Source: an uncultured Myxococcales bacterium (GTDB lineage Bacteria; Myxococcota_A; UBA9042; DTJE01). From it: a stretch of DNA of 60,863 bases. Made by a program: the position numbers and the translations under genes. The DNA is taken from NCBI GenBank assembly GCA_964424165.1, contig CAYRIB010000003.1:1-60863 (forward strand), written 5' to 3'. The notes under the pieces are model-generated. The model saw nothing but the letters and a program-made list of their open reading frames with translations, was not told where the DNA came from and made no database searches. How positions within the stretch are numbered: position 1 is the first letter of the stretch; every line of letters begins with the position of its first letter. This document shows, in pieces, positions 1-9,312 of this stretch.

Positions 1-1
1 C

Positions 2-577
2 GAAGAGGCCCGGTGCTCGATCCGCGTCAATTCCTACGTATCCGAGTACATGACGCGGGAATTCACCTCTTCGGGCTTCGACGTGGCGACCTTTTTTTCG
101 GTTTTGTCCCGTTACAACGAACCCATGATCGTACTCAAGAAGGCGGCGCGCGAGCTGCGTGCCGGGGGCCGTTTGTTTGCACGAGTCAGGGTTCGACCCG
201 GGGTCGAGCCCGTGCTCCAGAAGCTGCGTCGTATCCCTCTGTGGGACAAGGCTACAGCCCTGATCCTGCGCCGGGTACCCATGATGCGTGAGTTCTTGAG
301 CCTGCCGGATGCGGGCCAGCTCCTCGCCGAGGTCGGCGAGATCTTCAAGGTCGAACGCTGTGATCGCGAGCACCTGCTGGCCGCCGAGGTGATCGGCCTG
401 TCGCGGTCCGGCCCGTTGTGGAGCCGGGATGCCCTGTCGCGGGCCGTGCCCCTGGCCCTGAAGATCGATGCGACGGCCCTGAAGATCCCGCAGGTGGATC
501 GGCTTGCCACGCACCTCGTGCTGTATGGCTTGAAGGAATTGGGGCTCGGAAAGACGTTTTCGATGAAGGATCGTTAG
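2..577 (+). CDS. SAM-dependent methyltransferase-like protein, C-terminal fragment (5' end lies left of the window)
   Basis: The frame of track ORF 50..577 stays open back to nt 2, so the gene is cut by the window edge. FDVATFFSVLSRYNEP...VLKKAARELRAGGRLF resembles the distal motifs of class I methyltransferases. Codons are GC3-rich. Confidence 0.5.
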   Translation, partial: EEARCSIRVNSYVSEYMTREFTSSGFDVATFFSVLSRYNEPMIVLKKAARELRAGGRLFARVRVRPGVEPVLQKLRRIPLWDKATALILRRVPMMREFLSLPDAGQLLAEVGEIFKVERCDREHLLAAEVIGLSRSGPLWSRDALSRAVPLALKIDATALKIPQVDRLATHLVLYGLKELGLGKTFSMKDR

Positions 578-583
578 GGTCTT

Positions 584-1546
584 TCAGAACCGCGTGCGGA
601 CGACGCCCAGCATCTTGCGCGACATGAAGCTCAACAGCCAGCCCCCGAGGAACCCGGCCACACCACCGAAGATGGCGCTCCAGATGGCCGCGCTGGTCAC
701 TCCGCCGCGCTCGTAGGCCGACGTGAACACCAGCAGGAACCCGATGCCCATGCCGATGAACACACCCAGACGCCAGCGCTCGTTCGCTTCCTGGAAGAGC
801 CCGTCCATGGCCATGGCGAAGAGCATTGCCAAGGCCAGCAGGACATAAACCACGGCCGTGGGGATGACCTGGGGATAGATCGACACGCGCACCTGCGTCC
901 CTACCACCGGGTCCAAACGGGCCACCTTCAGGGTCTGGGCACCCTCTGCCACCTGGACGCGGTGCACGTCCATGAGGTGTCGTTCCTCGACCTGCCGTGC
1001 GCCCCGACGCCCCGAGCGCACGCTGCGCATGGCATCCGCGAACCGACCCGACATTTCCTGACCGGCCACCGTGATCCGGTACTGACCCTCACCGCGCGCC
1101 TCGTTCAATTGCGCGAGTTCCGAGGCGTAGACCTCGACCACGTGTGCGCCCGCGGTCACGCCTTCCAGGGGCACTTCCTGATCGCGACTGACCATCTTCT
1201 GGAATACTGCGTTTCCAGGATACACGGTCAGATGAAACGGCACGAGCGAGCCTGCCAGAAAAACCCCGAACGCCACCAGACTGGCCTTGCGAACCCACAG
1301 GGGAAACTCGCTGCGCCAGACCATCACCAGGAAAGCCACACCGACACCCACCAACACCAGGATCCCGATCAGATACCCCAGGGCCGTGTCGTCGATCACG
1401 TTGAGCAGGCGCAGGGCCGCCAATATCGCCGCAATCCCGACCGGAACTACCAGGCGCCCCCAGTCCTCGAAGAACGGAACCCAGGACGATTGGGTCTGAA
1501 CGGTTTGGACAGGGGTCTTTTCGACGTGTCGCTTGAATCTCGCCAT
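584..1546 (-). CDS. polytopic membrane protein, function unknown
   Basis: Track ORF 584..1705 trimmed to Met54. Its ATG (1546..1544) overlaps the TGA of the upstream regulator (TGATG). Hydrophobic helices at both ends (GYLIGILVLVGVGVAFLVMVW, AVVYVLLALAMLFAMAM, IFGGVAGFLGGWLLSF) flank a soluble loop of roughly 130 aa. Confidence 0.6.
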   Translation of the reverse strand: MARFKRHVEKTPVQTVQTQSSWVPFFEDWGRLVVPVGIAAILAALRLLNVIDDTALGYLIGILVLVGVGVAFLVMVWRSEFPLWVRKASLVAFGVFLAGSLVPFHLTVYPGNAVFQKMVSRDQEVPLEGVTAGAHVVEVYASELAQLNEARGEGQYRITVAGQEMSGRFADAMRSVRSGRRGARQVEERHLMDVHRVQVAEGAQTLKVARLDPVVGTQVRVSIYPQVIPTAVVYVLLALAMLFAMAMDGLFQEANERWRLGVFIGMGIGFLLVFTSAYERGGVTSAAIWSAIFGGVAGFLGGWLLSFMSRKMLGVVRTRF

Positions 1547-2970
1547 CACTCCGTCTCCTTCGTACTTTCCCCGATGCCATACTTGCGAACGAGCTTGCGC
1601 AGATACTTCCGGTCCAAATCCGCCTCGCGCGCCGCCGCAGACAGGCTGTTGCGGTTGCGGCCCAGCAACTGTTCCAGATACTGCCGCTCGAACTGCTCGA
1701 TCCACAGTTCCTTGGCTTCCTTGAACGTCCTCGATGCGCGCAGAGTCGCGGTCATCGGCTCGGTGATGTCACCGGCCACTGCCGAGGAACGACGCGCACG
1801 CCCGAAAATCTGCGGGGGCAGGGCATCTTCTTCGATCAAATCCCCGTCCGCAAACGACGTGGAACGCTCGATCACGTTGATGAGCTCGCGCACATTGCCC
1901 GGCCAGTGATATTCCATGAGCGCCCGCATCGCACCGTCGGACACGCCCTTGACCCGCGATTCACCGTCCGCGCCACGATTGAAGGGTGCCTGCTTCAAGA
2001 AGTGCCGCACCAGCAGAGGGATGTCCTCGATCCGGTCGCGCAACGGGGGCAAGGGGATCCGAACCACGCTCAGGCGGTAGAACAGGTCCTCGCGGAAACG
2101 ACCATTGTGGACCTCTTCTTCGAGGTTGCGGTTGGTCGCCGCAATCAGCCGTGCATCCACCTTCACGGGCCGGTTCGAACCCACGCGACGGATCTCGCGC
2201 AGTTCCAGGGCCCGCAGCAGCTTTGGCTGCAGTTCCATGCCCAACTCGCCGATCTCGTCGAGAAACAAGGTCCCGCCATCGGCCATTTCGAAGAGCCCCT
2301 GCCGTGCCTGGACCGCCCCGGTGAACGATCCCTTTTCGTGCCCGAACAGCTCGCTTTCGATCAGGTCCTTCGGAACCGCACCGCAGTCGAACACCACGAA
2401 GGGCTCCCGAGATCGCGGGCTCTTCTGATGCAGGGCCCGGGCCACGACCTCCTTGCCGGTCCCGGTCTCGCCCTCGAGTACCACGGTGGCCCCCGTGGGC
2501 GCGATGCGCTCCAGGATCGAGAACACCTCGCGCATCTTGCGGCTGCGACCCACCACGCTGCCGAACGAATCGCGCATCGAAGGGGTCAGTTCCACCCGTT
2601 CGCCAAAGGTCTGAAATCGCAGTTCCACCCCGCCGAGCGCGATCACCGAGCCCGACTTCAGGTAGCCCTCGCGAACCCGGACACGGTTCACGGTCGTCCC
2701 GTTGGTCGAGCCGAGGTCCATCACCAGATAGCCCGATGGTTCATGCAGGATCTTGCAGTGATGCCGGGAAACCCGGGAGTCCGGCACCACCACGTCGTTT
2801 TCTTCGGCGGACCCGATCTGGATGATGTCCTGATCAAAGATGTATTCGCGCACGCCCCCGACCTGGTCCTCGACCACCAACTTCACCTTGTTCAGGTGCA
2901 GGGTGGTGGGCCGACCGTCGAGGTAGTCGATGTGGGCCGAAAGCCCGTTTTCTCGTTCGTCGTTACTCAC
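1546..2970 (-). CDS. sigma-54-dependent transcriptional activator with N-terminal FHA domain (no receiver domain)
   Basis: FHA signature ([23 protein letters not shown]...[11 protein letters not shown]). AAA+ enhancer-binding core ([39 protein letters not shown]). C-terminal Fis-type HTH ([25 protein letters not shown]). Confidence 0.9.
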   Translation of the reverse strand: MSNDERENGLSAHIDYLDGRPTTLHLNKVKLVVEDQVGGVREYIFDQDIIQIGSAEENDVVVPDSRVSRHHCKILHEPSGYLVMDLGSTNGTTVNRVRVREGYLKSGSVIALGGVELRFQTFGERVELTPSMRDSFGSVVGRSRKMREVFSILERIAPTGATVVLEGETGTGKEVVARALHQKSPRSREPFVVFDCGAVPKDLIESELFGHEKGSFTGAVQARQGLFEMADGGTLFLDEIGELGMELQPKLLRALELREIRRVGSNRPVKVDARLIAATNRNLEEEVHNGRFREDLFYRLSVVRIPLPPLRDRIEDIPLLVRHFLKQAPFNRGADGESRVKGVSDGAMRALMEYHWPGNVRELINVIERSTSFADGDLIEEDALPPQIFGRARRSSAVAGDITEPMTATLRASRTFKEAKELWIEQFERQYLEQLLGRNRNSLSAAAREADLDRKYLRKLVRKYGIGESTKETE

Positions 2971-3110
2971 GAGGATGGTTATTAGCGGTAGACGTGGCTT
3001 TTGTCAATTCATCGCGATCCACGATGCGGGCGCGCCTCGTCGTGATCCAGAAGTCCTTGCCGCACATCGTGGTCATGCTATCATTCGCGCGGCTCTGGCA
3101 AAGACTTGGC

Positions 3111-3947
3111 ATGAGCTTGCGCATCGCACATCTGTCGGACCTTCATCTGCTGCCTTCGGGGTGGATCGGGGCTCGAAGCTTTCTGGGCCGACGCGCGTTC
3201 GGGACCGCGAACCTGCTGTTGGCACGCCGACACCTGCACTCCGAGGCAGTGGCGCGGGCCGCGGTCGATGCCGTGATGGGCGCGAACATCGATCACTGCG
3301 TGGTCACGGGGGACGTGTGCAATCTGGCACTCGATGCGGAATTCGCCCTGGCCGCCGAGGTCCTCAGCCCGCTTGCCGGGCGCATGACCGTGATTCCGGG
3401 AAACCATGACTACTACACGCCCGGGGCCATGCGCACGGACCCCTTTGGACGTCACTTCGGCGTTGCCGAATACCCCCGCGTCGTGGACCTTGGGGACGTG
3501 CGCCTGATCGGTTTGCGATCCCCCACACGGGTCCCCCCCATGTGCGCCTTCGGGCGTGTGGGCGAAACCCAGCGAAGCGCCCTGGTTGGTCGCATCCGCG
3601 AGGCCGATGGCCGTTTCGTGATCGTGGCCCTGCACCACAACCTGCACAGGCGTCCGTGGCTCAGCGACACCACGGGGCGCCTGCTCGATCGGGACGCCCT
3701 GGCCGACACCTTGCGAGCGAATCCACCCGGCCTCGTGATCCACGGACACGACCATCACGAACACGAGATGTGTCTTGCGCCCAACGGGGGTATTCCGGTG
3801 ATCGGATGCGGGTCGACTTCGATCCTGGACCCCTCCCGGGCCCGCCTCGGCCGGTTCAATGTGTACACGATCAATGCAGGAAGGCTCGACATCGAGCGAT
3901 GGCAATACCATCCTCAAAGTGGTGGATTTCGTTGTTCACTGGCGTGA
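3111..3947 (+). CDS. metallophosphoesterase (calcineurin-like)
   Basis: Track ORF 2994..3947 trimmed to Met40 so the protein starts MSLRIAHLSDLHLL (DxH motif at the N-terminus). Further motifs: VVTGDVCN, GNHDYY, ALHHNL, IHGHDHH. Confidence 0.8.
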   Translation: MSLRIAHLSDLHLLPSGWIGARSFLGRRAFGTANLLLARRHLHSEAVARAAVDAVMGANIDHCVVTGDVCNLALDAEFALAAEVLSPLAGRMTVIPGNHDYYTPGAMRTDPFGRHFGVAEYPRVVDLGDVRLIGLRSPTRVPPMCAFGRVGETQRSALVGRIREADGRFVIVALHHNLHRRPWLSDTTGRLLDRDALADTLRANPPGLVIHGHDHHEHEMCLAPNGGIPVIGCGSTSILDPSRARLGRFNVYTINAGRLDIERWQYHPQSGGFRCSLA

Positions 3948-4645
3948 AAAGCTACTTCGTGTCCACCCGCAAGAACGCGGTGGCCACGGCCGTGACCCTG
4001 CCCCTGCTGCTGCTTTACAACGTCGGCCTGCTGATGCCAGGAAACCGCAGCATGAACGCCGCGGACTTCTTGACCGGTCTGGTGATGCGTTTTGCGGGCC
4101 TCAATGGGTTCCTGGTGCTCAACGGCGTGCTGGTATGCGCTTCGATCGTGATGCTGCTGATCCTGATTCGGGACGGGCAGTTCCGCCCCCTGCACTGGCT
4201 GCTGCTGTGCTTCGAAGGACTCGTCTTGGGTTTGCTCCTGGGGCGTGGCGTGATCTATGTGATGGCCGAAGTGCATTTGCTGGCGTCCGGAGGCCTGCCC
4301 GAGATGTCCCTGTTGCAGAAGCTCACGATGTCTGCGGGCGCAGGCTACTGGGAGGAACTCGTCTTCCGGTTGCTGATGATCGGCGGCCCGATCGCGATCG
4401 CGCGACGCCTGCGCCGCGGCAAGGGTGGGGTAGGGGGGGTGATCCTCACGGCCCTGGTCGCCACCGTGATTTCGTCGGTGCTGTTTTCGCTGGCGCACTA
4501 CCTCGGACAGGAGGCCTTCGAAGGCTACACATTCTGGTACCGGACCCTGTCGGGCGTGGTGTTTTCGCTCATCTTCCTGACCCGCGGCTTTGCGGTCGCT
4601 GCGTACACGCACTTTCTGTATGACGTGGTCGTGATGGTGTTCTAG
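3899..4645 (+). CDS. CPBP (CAAX/Abi) family intramembrane glutamic endopeptidase
   Basis: Multi-pass membrane protein with EELVFRLL (EExxxR), FSLAHY and HFLYD motifs. The start is uncertain: ATG 3899 overlaps the upstream gene by 49 nt, and an in-frame GTG at 3944 forms a GTGA overlap with the upstream stop. Confidence 0.75.
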   Translation: MAIPSSKWWISLFTGVKSYFVSTRKNAVATAVTLPLLLLYNVGLLMPGNRSMNAADFLTGLVMRFAGLNGFLVLNGVLVCASIVMLLILIRDGQFRPLHWLLLCFEGLVLGLLLGRGVIYVMAEVHLLASGGLPEMSLLQKLTMSAGAGYWEELVFRLLMIGGPIAIARRLRRGKGGVGGVILTALVATVISSVLFSLAHYLGQEAFEGYTFWYRTLSGVVFSLIFLTRGFAVAAYTHFLYDVVVMVF

Positions 4646-4651
4646 GGCGGT

Positions 4652-6067
4652 TCAGTCCTCGGACGTGGCCACCGCCACCCCGTGCTTCGCCAAAAATGCC
4701 AGGCAGTCGTCGTCGCCGGGGTTGGCAGCCAGGGTCCCAGCCTCGACGGCTTCGAGCAGGATCCCCCGCAACCGTCCCACTTCCGGCCCAGGCTCGATCC
4801 CGAAACGCTCGATAATGAGGTTGCCGATTCCCTTTGGCAACGGGTTCTGGGCTGCGTCGGCCTCGCGCACCTCGAGGATGCGGATCTGCAGGTCCGTGAG
4901 CAGCGAACGCACCATTTCAACCCGTTCGGCCCGCTTGGAGGTCAAATCCGCCTTCGAGAAGGCGATCATGTCGTCAAGGTGTTCGCCCACTTCCTTGATG
5001 AGCCGTCGCACGGCCGAATCCGTCCAGTCCTCGCGGTACAGATTGATGCGGGAATGGTTCTTGATGATGTAATGGACACGCGTGGCCAGGTCCGCGGGCA
5101 TCTGGAAACGCGTGCTGATGCCTTCGAAGAGTAGGGCGCTCATGTCCTCGTGGCGGAAGAAATGCACCTTCTCGTCCCGAAAGACCTGCCGAGTCCAGAC
5201 CTTGCCGATGTCGTGGCACAGGGCCGCCCAGCGAACCACGGTCGTGGCCTCGGAGTTGGCCACGACCTGCTTGGTGTGCTCCCAAACATCCTTGTGTCGC
5301 CCACCACTACCCTCGGAGAAACTGATGAGACTGGCCACCTCGGGCAGCAGAAACGACAGGATCCGCGCATCCGCCATGAACTGCAGGCCCTTGGGACAAT
5401 GCGGGCCACACAGGATCTTTTCCATTTCGCGCAGCCAGATGTCCCGAGGCGCATCCAGGATGTTCGAGGCATCCCGTTCCGCTGCCACGCGCACTTCACG
5501 GGCCGCATCGAACCCGTAGCGCGCCACGTAGCGTGCAACCTTGAGCAGCCAACTCGCGCTTTCGCGGAAGATGGATTCCACCGGGAAGATGGGACGCACC
5601 AGGCGTTCCTTGAAGTCCTGGGCGCCCCCGAACGGGTCGATGAGGTTGCCTTCCGCGTCGAACCCGAAGGCCTGCAGCGTCACCTCGCGGGTGGCCAGGT
5701 CCAGGATAATCCCCGACAGGTTCTGCCCCCGCAACGACCGCAGGGGCGGCAGGTAGTTGCGGAAGGGACCCACGTTGAACGTCCAGGCCTCGGTCGCCCC
5801 CTCGCCACGGGGCACCTTGAACGTCAGGATCTTCGGTCGATCGTCCTTGGGGTCTTGCGGCGACGTCTGGAAGACCTCGAACATCACCCCTTCGATGTTC
5901 GACAGGGAGGCATCCACGGTGAGGTCAAAGGACCCCGCTTCCTGGATGTCCTGTTCCTGCACGAGGTCCCGGGCTCGGGGCCCGATCAGATAGGCGGGAA
6001 AATTCTGCGACTCGAACGCCTGCATGGCCCGGTTCAGGACATCGGGGTAGTTGGCGGCCACGGGCAT
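4652..6067 (-). CDS. CCA-adding enzyme / poly(A) polymerase family protein with HD domain (nucleotidyltransferase head looks degenerate)
   Basis: Overall poly(A) polymerase head-neck layout followed by an HD domain (RHKDVWEHT...ALCHDIGK...FFRHEDMSA). The N-terminal motif reads YLIGPRARD...GSFDLTVD rather than GGxVRD...DxD. Confidence 0.7.
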   Translation of the reverse strand: MPVAANYPDVLNRAMQAFESQNFPAYLIGPRARDLVQEQDIQEAGSFDLTVDASLSNIEGVMFEVFQTSPQDPKDDRPKILTFKVPRGEGATEAWTFNVGPFRNYLPPLRSLRGQNLSGIILDLATREVTLQAFGFDAEGNLIDPFGGAQDFKERLVRPIFPVESIFRESASWLLKVARYVARYGFDAAREVRVAAERDASNILDAPRDIWLREMEKILCGPHCPKGLQFMADARILSFLLPEVASLISFSEGSGGRHKDVWEHTKQVVANSEATTVVRWAALCHDIGKVWTRQVFRDEKVHFFRHEDMSALLFEGISTRFQMPADLATRVHYIIKNHSRINLYREDWTDSAVRRLIKEVGEHLDDMIAFSKADLTSKRAERVEMVRSLLTDLQIRILEVREADAAQNPLPKGIGNLIIERFGIEPGPEVGRLRGILLEAVEAGTLAANPGDDDCLAFLAKHGVAVATSED

Positions 6068-6144
6068 CTCCGTCTATGACAGCATCATCGCGCCCCAAGG
6101 CGGCGCGGTTGCGGAGAATACCCGTCCATCCGGGGCCTGTCAAC

Positions 6145-8241
6145 CTACAACGGCGAGCATCCGTTGCTGTCGATGGTGCTGCCCACGGCCGCCGGGTCGA
6201 TCCGTTGCCAGTCGAACACGCGACCGCAGTTGTTTTCGAAGTAGTAGTAGCGGTCCCACAAAAATGGGGTCGCACCCGCGGACACGGGGATGTCCACGAA
6301 ACAGTTCGCCCCATCGAACCATACGTCGTAGGACCCGACCGCAAAGGGGCAAGGGTTCGCACCCGCCACCTTCGAGTAGTAGAAGTTGCCCTCCCAGATG
6401 AACGGGGTGGTGCCGGGTGGGGCTGCCGCAAGTTGGCAGTTCGCACCGTCGAAGGTGCCACCATACGGACAGGGCGTGGCGCAGGGCGGTTGGACTGCCG
6501 TGGTGCTGCATCTGGACTCCACATAGAAGGCGGATCCGTGGATGAAGGGGCTGCGCCCGGCTGGGATCGGCCCCGCATCGCAACCCTTGCAATAGCCAAG
6601 CCAGGCATCCCCGGACATGCACGAACTCGGTCCCGAGGTGCACGGCACATGACGTCGGTACCGGAAACGTCCTTCATCGATCAGGAGCTTGCGGCCATCC
6701 GGGGCCTTGCGCAGGAAGCAGTTGTACCCGTCGAAATACCCGACCCCGGCACATGGGTTCTTGCACGCCGGGCTCAGGGTGCTCTCGACGCACGGCGATG
6801 GATACATTTTGCCATTGGCGAGAATGCAGTTGGAGCTTGCCCCATCATAGGCGCCCCCGTTCGGACAGAGGTCCTCGGGAAGGCATTTCACGTAGTTGCG
6901 CACGTAATCGATCCGCATCTCCTTGTGACGGAAATCATCGTAGGACGGCACGCCGTCGGGCTCTCCCTCCCGGGAGTGCAGGTTGTCGTTCAGAATCCAG
7001 TAGAAGGGGTGGCCCGAGGGAATCGCCATGGTGCACGTATCATCATCCCAACGATCGTCGAGCACCTCGGCGTTGCCGATGCGTCGCACCAGGCGATTGT
7101 CGGTGAAATAGCGGATTTCGGTCGCATCCCATTCCGCTGAGTAGACATGGTAATCGCGCGTCCATGTGTCGGCGAACGGCGGCTTGGTCGTGAAGACTCC
7201 GCCCGCGCTGGTGTGGATGTCGCCCTCTCGGGCGTGCAGCGTCTGGTAGAGTTCCTCGGGGTGCGGGGCCGTCGATTCCATCACGTCGATTTCGCCGCCA
7301 TCCGGCCAGCCGCCATCCTGGGGCAGCAGCCAGGTGGCCGGGAAGGCACCGGCTCCCGAAGAAATGCGCGTCCGTACCTCGAACCGGCCGAACTTCTGCT
7401 GATACCCGGGCACGTCCACCTGCCCGTCGCCCCAGATGTCCACGTATCGACGCCCCCAGATCGCACCCACGTGGAACGGGCACGCACGCGTCCAGTCCCA
7501 TTGGTTGGCCGGGTCCACGGCGCCGCAGTCGAACGGCCCCGGGGCCGTGGCGCCGTCGAGCACGAGTTCACCGTTCTGCATGCTCACCAGGCTCGAGTGG
7601 AAAGCGCTCGTCTTGTTACCCCAGTAGTTGTATCCCGACAGGATGGTCCACCGGCAGCGGTTGAAGTCCTCCATCCCCTCGCCGAGTTCCTCGGGATTAC
7701 AATCGCTGACGTAGAGGTTCAACCCATCGGTGCAGGACACGGGGCGCGTGTAGCAGGGATCGTCCGGGCCCGTGCGATCTTGGCCGTCGAATTCGTCCTG
7801 CCATACCAGGCGCCAGCGCGGGCTGACCGCGTAGTCCGACAGCGCCACCTTGGCCTCGGGAATCCACTTCTCGGCATTCGGGTCCACCAGAGGACCCTTC
7901 GAGGCCTCGGATACCTCGGACTGGTCGGCATCCTCGAGGATTTCCGCGAGCAGGTCCTCGGGGGGAATCACATCCTCCAGGACATCCGAGACCAACAGGT
8001 CCTCGTCGGGTCCGTCGATCTCGTCGAACCCCAGGTCCGGCCCGATCACGAAATCCTCGTCCGCAAAATCCGACACGACATCGTCTGGTATCGCGTCATT
8101 CGACAGATCGGCGCTTACCGCGTCGCCCACCTCGTTCCAAGCGTCATCCAGCAATGATTCATCGCCACTGCCGCACGACACGGCAACCGCAAGAAGCATC
8201 GGCAACAGCAAGGCACAGATCACATCGAGATGACACCGCAT
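6145..8241 (-). CDS. secreted/lipoprotein glycoside hydrolase family 16 (beta-glucanase-like) with acidic linker and Cys-rich C-terminal repeats
   Basis: Signal peptide ending AVAVSC|GSG. D/E-rich linker. GH16 catalytic motif GGEIDVMES (ExDxxE). C-terminal region of about 220 aa with repeated CPxGGxFDGxNC...PFIW...FYY modules. Confidence 0.8.
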   Translation of the reverse strand: MRCHLDVICALLLPMLLAVAVSCGSGDESLLDDAWNEVGDAVSADLSNDAIPDDVVSDFADEDFVIGPDLGFDEIDGPDEDLLVSDVLEDVIPPEDLLAEILEDADQSEVSEASKGPLVDPNAEKWIPEAKVALSDYAVSPRWRLVWQDEFDGQDRTGPDDPCYTRPVSCTDGLNLYVSDCNPEELGEGMEDFNRCRWTILSGYNYWGNKTSAFHSSLVSMQNGELVLDGATAPGPFDCGAVDPANQWDWTRACPFHVGAIWGRRYVDIWGDGQVDVPGYQQKFGRFEVRTRISSGAGAFPATWLLPQDGGWPDGGEIDVMESTAPHPEELYQTLHAREGDIHTSAGGVFTTKPPFADTWTRDYHVYSAEWDATEIRYFTDNRLVRRIGNAEVLDDRWDDDTCTMAIPSGHPFYWILNDNLHSREGEPDGVPSYDDFRHKEMRIDYVRNYVKCLPEDLCPNGGAYDGASSNCILANGKMYPSPCVESTLSPACKNPCAGVGYFDGYNCFLRKAPDGRKLLIDEGRFRYRRHVPCTSGPSSCMSGDAWLGYCKGCDAGPIPAGRSPFIHGSAFYVESRCSTTAVQPPCATPCPYGGTFDGANCQLAAAPPGTTPFIWEGNFYYSKVAGANPCPFAVGSYDVWFDGANCFVDIPVSAGATPFLWDRYYYFENNCGRVFDWQRIDPAAVGSTIDSNGCSPL

Positions 8242-8374
8242 CTGCTTCCCCCGTTGTATGCATTCAAGAATCTGTCCAAGATTCTACCGAATCCGTCCTT
8301 TCGCGTCCACGGCCGGTTCCTTGCGTCGGGGCAGGTTTGGCCTAAAATAGGGGCCGGTAGGTGCGGAAACGACC

Positions 8375-9310
8375 ATGAACATCTGTCGCGACTGGAACGA
8401 ACTGCCCGTGGAATTCGGGCCCACCGCGCTGGCGATGGGAAACTTCGACGGGGTCCACCTTGGACATCGGGCCGTGCTGGCCAACGTGGTGAAGACCGCC
8501 CGGGAACACAGACTGACGGCCTGTGTGCTGACGTTTGATCCCCATCCGGTGATGCTTCTGCATCCCGAGCGCGCCCCGGCCATGCTTCAGACCCTGCAAG
8601 ACCGGGTCCGCGCACTGGCCCTCACGGGATTGGACTGCCTGCTGCTGGCCCCGTTCACACAGGAACTGGCCGCGGTGCCGGCCGGGGAATTCATCGAACA
8701 CTACCTGCTGCGACGCCTCCGTTGCGCCGACTTGTTCGTGGGGCACGATGCCACATTCGGGCGCGAGCGGGCCGGGACACTGCGGACCCTCCAAGCCGCG
8801 GCTGGGCAAGGCCTCTTCCGTCTGCACATCACGCAACCTGTGATGCACGACGGCGAGCGAGTGTCGTCGTCGCGCATCCGGCGACTCCTGGAAGCCGGGG
8901 AGGTCGATCGTGCCGCTGTGCTGTTGGGACGTCCGTTCGTGCTCGAAGGACCCGTGGTGCGGGGCGCGGGCAGAGGGCAGGTTCTCGGCTTCCCCACCGC
9001 CAATCTGGCGCCCGAAGGCACCCTGGTGCCGGGGTCCGGTGTCTATGCCTGCCGTGCCGAGACGGCCATGGGCACCTTCGCGGCCTCGGTGCACCTGGGT
9101 CCGATCCCCACGTTCGCCCGCGAATCTCCGACCGTCGAGGCGCATCTGCTCGACTTCGACCACGATCTGCGAAATCAGCGCATCCGGTTGTATTTCGTCG
9201 AGCGCTTGCGGGACATCCGCATATTCCCGGATTCGGACGTACTCGCGCGTCAAATCGTTGAGGACGTTGCCATGACACGTCGGGCCCTGGCGACCCGGAT
9301 GGGGGCTTGA
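8375..9310 (+). CDS. ribF: bifunctional riboflavin kinase / FMN adenylyltransferase
   Basis: N-terminal GNFDGVHLGH adenylyltransferase motif. C-terminal riboflavin kinase region (GRGQVLGFPTANL...GVYA...HLLDFD). 311 aa. Confidence 0.92.
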   Translation: MNICRDWNELPVEFGPTALAMGNFDGVHLGHRAVLANVVKTAREHRLTACVLTFDPHPVMLLHPERAPAMLQTLQDRVRALALTGLDCLLLAPFTQELAAVPAGEFIEHYLLRRLRCADLFVGHDATFGRERAGTLRTLQAAAGQGLFRLHITQPVMHDGERVSSSRIRRLLEAGEVDRAAVLLGRPFVLEGPVVRGAGRGQVLGFPTANLAPEGTLVPGSGVYACRAETAMGTFAASVHLGPIPTFARESPTVEAHLLDFDHDLRNQRIRLYFVERLRDIRIFPDSDVLARQIVEDVAMTRRALATRMGA

Positions 9311-9312
9311 GC

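Noticed and set aside
3096-3110. Sigma-54-like element TGGCAA-N5-TGGC (correct GG/GC spacing) next to the FHA-type sigma-54 activator gene.
   Set aside because: It ends immediately before the ATG (3111) of the metallophosphoesterase, so the predicted transcription start would fall inside the coding region. It also has mismatches in both the -24 and -12 boxes.
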